A stretch of 64,000 nt of DNA. Origin: Planctomycetota bacterium. GTDB taxonomy: Bacteria > Planctomycetota > UBA1135 > UBA2386. The stretch covers positions 64,001-128,000 of the forward strand of contig OZ245006.1 in the NCBI GenBank assembly GCA_965223545.1. The letters are read 5' to 3'. Shown one piece after another: positions 62,239 through 64,000 of the stretch. The notes beneath the pieces were generated by a model that saw only the letters and a program-made list of their open reading frames with translations, made no database searches and was not told the DNA's origin. Position 1 is the stretch's first letter; each line of letters opens with the position of its first letter. Both the position numbers and the translations under genes were made by a program.

Positions 62239-62781
62239 ATGCCACGACCTGACCCGCGACGCGGGCGCCGACCGACTCCCATGGGCCCGCGCGTCAATCA
62301 CCAAATCCGAATGCGGCAGGTCCGATGCATCGATGACGAGGGCAAGCAGCTCGGTGTCATAGACACGGCCGACGCCCTCGCACTCGCCATCCGCAAGGGA
62401 CTCGACCTGGTCGAGATCGCGCCAAACCAGCGGCCGCCGGTGGCGCGGATCATGGACTTCGGCAAGTACAAGTACGAGCTGAAGAAGAAGGAGCAGGCGA
62501 GCAAGAAGAAGCAGCACCAGGTGCAGGTGAAGGAGGTGCGCGTGCGCCCCAAGATCGCCGAGCACGACGTGCAGGTGAAGGTGCGGCGCGCGCGCAACTT
62601 CCTCGAGGCCGGCGACAAGGTGCAGGTCAACTGCCTGTTCCGCGGCCGCGAGATGGCGCACAAGGACGTCGCCCACAAGGTGATGATGCACGTCTACGAG
62701 CTGCTCGAAGACATCGCCAAGATCGAGCGCCAGCCCCACATGGAGGGCCGGCGGATGATCATGCTGCTCACCAAGAAGTGA
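62239..62781 (+). CDS. infC: Translation initiation factor IF-3
   Basis: N.QIR...VR.ID..G.QLG, LDLVEIAP...PPVARIMDFGKYKYE, KEVR.RP.I..HD, FRGRE. Confidence 0.96.
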   Translation: MPRPDPRRGRRPTPMGPRVNHQIRMRQVRCIDDEGKQLGVIDTADALALAIRKGLDLVEIAPNQRPPVARIMDFGKYKYELKKKEQASKKKQHQVQVKEVRVRPKIAEHDVQVKVRRARNFLEAGDKVQVNCLFRGREMAHKDVAHKVMMHVYELLEDIAKIERQPHMEGRRMIMLLTKK

Positions 62782-62865
62782 GCGCGGAGTGCGCGCCCTT
62801 GGCCGGCGCGCGCAAGCCCGCGCTGGGCTCCGCCCCGCGAGCGGCGTAGACTCTTGGTCAAAACC

Positions 62866-64000
62866 GTGTCGCAACTGCAAGATCCAGCCCCCGAAGGGTT
62901 GTCGTCCGATGACTTCGCCCGGCAGTTCGGCTTCAGCGCCGGCTACGTGGAGAAGGTCTACGCCGACTGGCGCGCGGCGCCGGAGTCCGTCTCGGAGGAA
63001 TGGCGCCGCTTCTTCCTGGAGCGCAGCGGGGCGACTGCGCAGTCCGCTCCGCCGGCATCGGCCGGCGCCCCATCGGTCGCGGCACCGGCCCGAGCCCCCG
63101 CGCCGGACGCTCCGGCGACCCCGGCGCGCGAGCCGGCGGCCGACGACAGCGGCGACGGGTCGCTCGAGCTGATCCGCGGGGTCGCCGCGCGCATCGCCAC
63201 CAACATGGAGGCCAGCCTCGAGGTGCCGACGGCGACGTCGGCGCGCGAGGTGCCGGTCGTCGTGCTGGAGGAGAACCGGCGCATCATCAACGAGCACTTG
63301 GCGATCGATCGCCGCGGCAAGGCGAGCTTCACCCACCTGGTGGCCTGGGCGATGGTGCGCGCCCTCGAGCAGCGGCCGGCGATGGCGACGTCGTACGTGC
63401 TGTTCGACGGCCGGCCGCACCGCCGGTCGTGGCCTGTGATCAACCTCGGCGTCGCCGCCGACACCGAGGGCCGCGATGGCCGGCGCAGCCTGGTGGTGCC
63501 CAACCTCAAGGACGTCGCGCGGCACGACTTCGCCGAGTTCTTGGCGGCGTTCAACGACGTCATCGGCCGGGCGCGCCGGGGCAAGCTCACGCCCGAGGAC
63601 TTTCAGGACACGACCTGCACGCTGACCAACCCGGGCATGATCGGCACGGTCAGCAGCCTGCCGCGGCTGATGGCCGGCCAGGCGTTCATCCTCGCCACTG
63701 GCTCGATCGGCGTGCCCGCGGCCTACATGGGCGCCTCGGTCGAGACCCTCAACGAGCTCGGCATCTCCAAGGTGATGACCGTCACCAACACCTACGACCA
63801 CCGCGTCATCCAAGGCGCGGAGTCGGGGGACTACCTGGCGCTGATGCACCAGCTGCTGGTCGGGGAGCACGACTTCTACGAGCGGATCTTTGCCGATCTC
63901 GGCATCCCGCACCGGCCCTACCGCTTCACCCAGGACCGCCGCGCGGCTCCCGGCTCGCCGCTGCGCGAGATCGAGAACATGGAGCGCGCCGCCAAGGTGA
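62866..64000 (+). CDS. sucA: Multifunctional 2-oxoglutarate dehydrogenase with N-terminal acyltransferase (E2-E1 fusion, Kgd/OdhA-like), 5' part only
   Basis: Translated by hand from GTG 62866 (not in the ORF track): FG..AGYVE..Y..W...PESVSEEW, RGVAARIA.NMEASLEVPTATS.R, SFTHL.AWA, LTNPG.IGT, TYDHRVIQGAESG. Open to the window end. Confidence 0.92.
   Translation, partial: MSQLQDPAPEGLSSDDFARQFGFSAGYVEKVYADWRAAPESVSEEWRRFFLERSGATAQSAPPASAGAPSVAAPARAPAPDAPATPAREPAADDSGDGSLELIRGVAARIATNMEASLEVPTATSAREVPVVVLEENRRIINEHLAIDRRGKASFTHLVAWAMVRALEQRPAMATSYVLFDGRPHRRSWPVINLGVAADTEGRDGRRSLVVPNLKDVARHDFAEFLAAFNDVIGRARRGKLTPEDFQDTTCTLTNPGMIGTVSSLPRLMAGQAFILATGSIGVPAAYMGASVETLNELGISKVMTVTNTYDHRVIQGAESGDYLALMHQLLVGEHDFYERIFADLGIPHRPYRFTQDRRAAPGSPLREIENMERAAKV

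Overview
GC-rich bacterial chromosomal segment. The gene content (ECF sigma factor paired with a Ser/Thr kinase, many secreted beta-propeller proteins, a prenyltransferase-repeat protein) suggests an uncultured Planctomycetota lineage; this is an inference. The housekeeping backbone comprises gltA, a 3-hydroxyacyl-CoA dehydrogenase, tRNA-Ala(GGC), gltX-glnS, aspS, thrS-infC, a partial E2-E1 fused 2-oxoglutarate dehydrogenase, an ABC exporter, an M1 peptidase and a molybdopterin oxidoreductase/NrfD/pentaheme cluster. Two accessory blocks interrupt it. Block 1 (about 8.5-25.7 kb) holds large secreted repeat proteins, three of which seem to share an unnamed C-terminal domain. They surround a divergent ECF sigma/WD40-kinase pair flanked by two copies of a 52-bp candidate promoter. 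Block 2 (about 33.9-41.15 kb) is an IS-rich island with a translationally coupled two-gene cassette: a zinc-ribbon + DUF3626-like (possibly ADP-ribosyltransferase-fold) protein and an 871-aa TPR protein with nine near-identical 102-bp repeats. The TPR gene is split by a complete ISKra4-like element, and removing the element restores the reading frame. This cassette is the best candidate for an undescribed defence/conflict system. A complete IS1/IS1595-like element with 20-bp IRs and 8-bp direct repeats lies at about 2.05-3.3 kb. All family assignments come from motif recognition by eye, not database searches.
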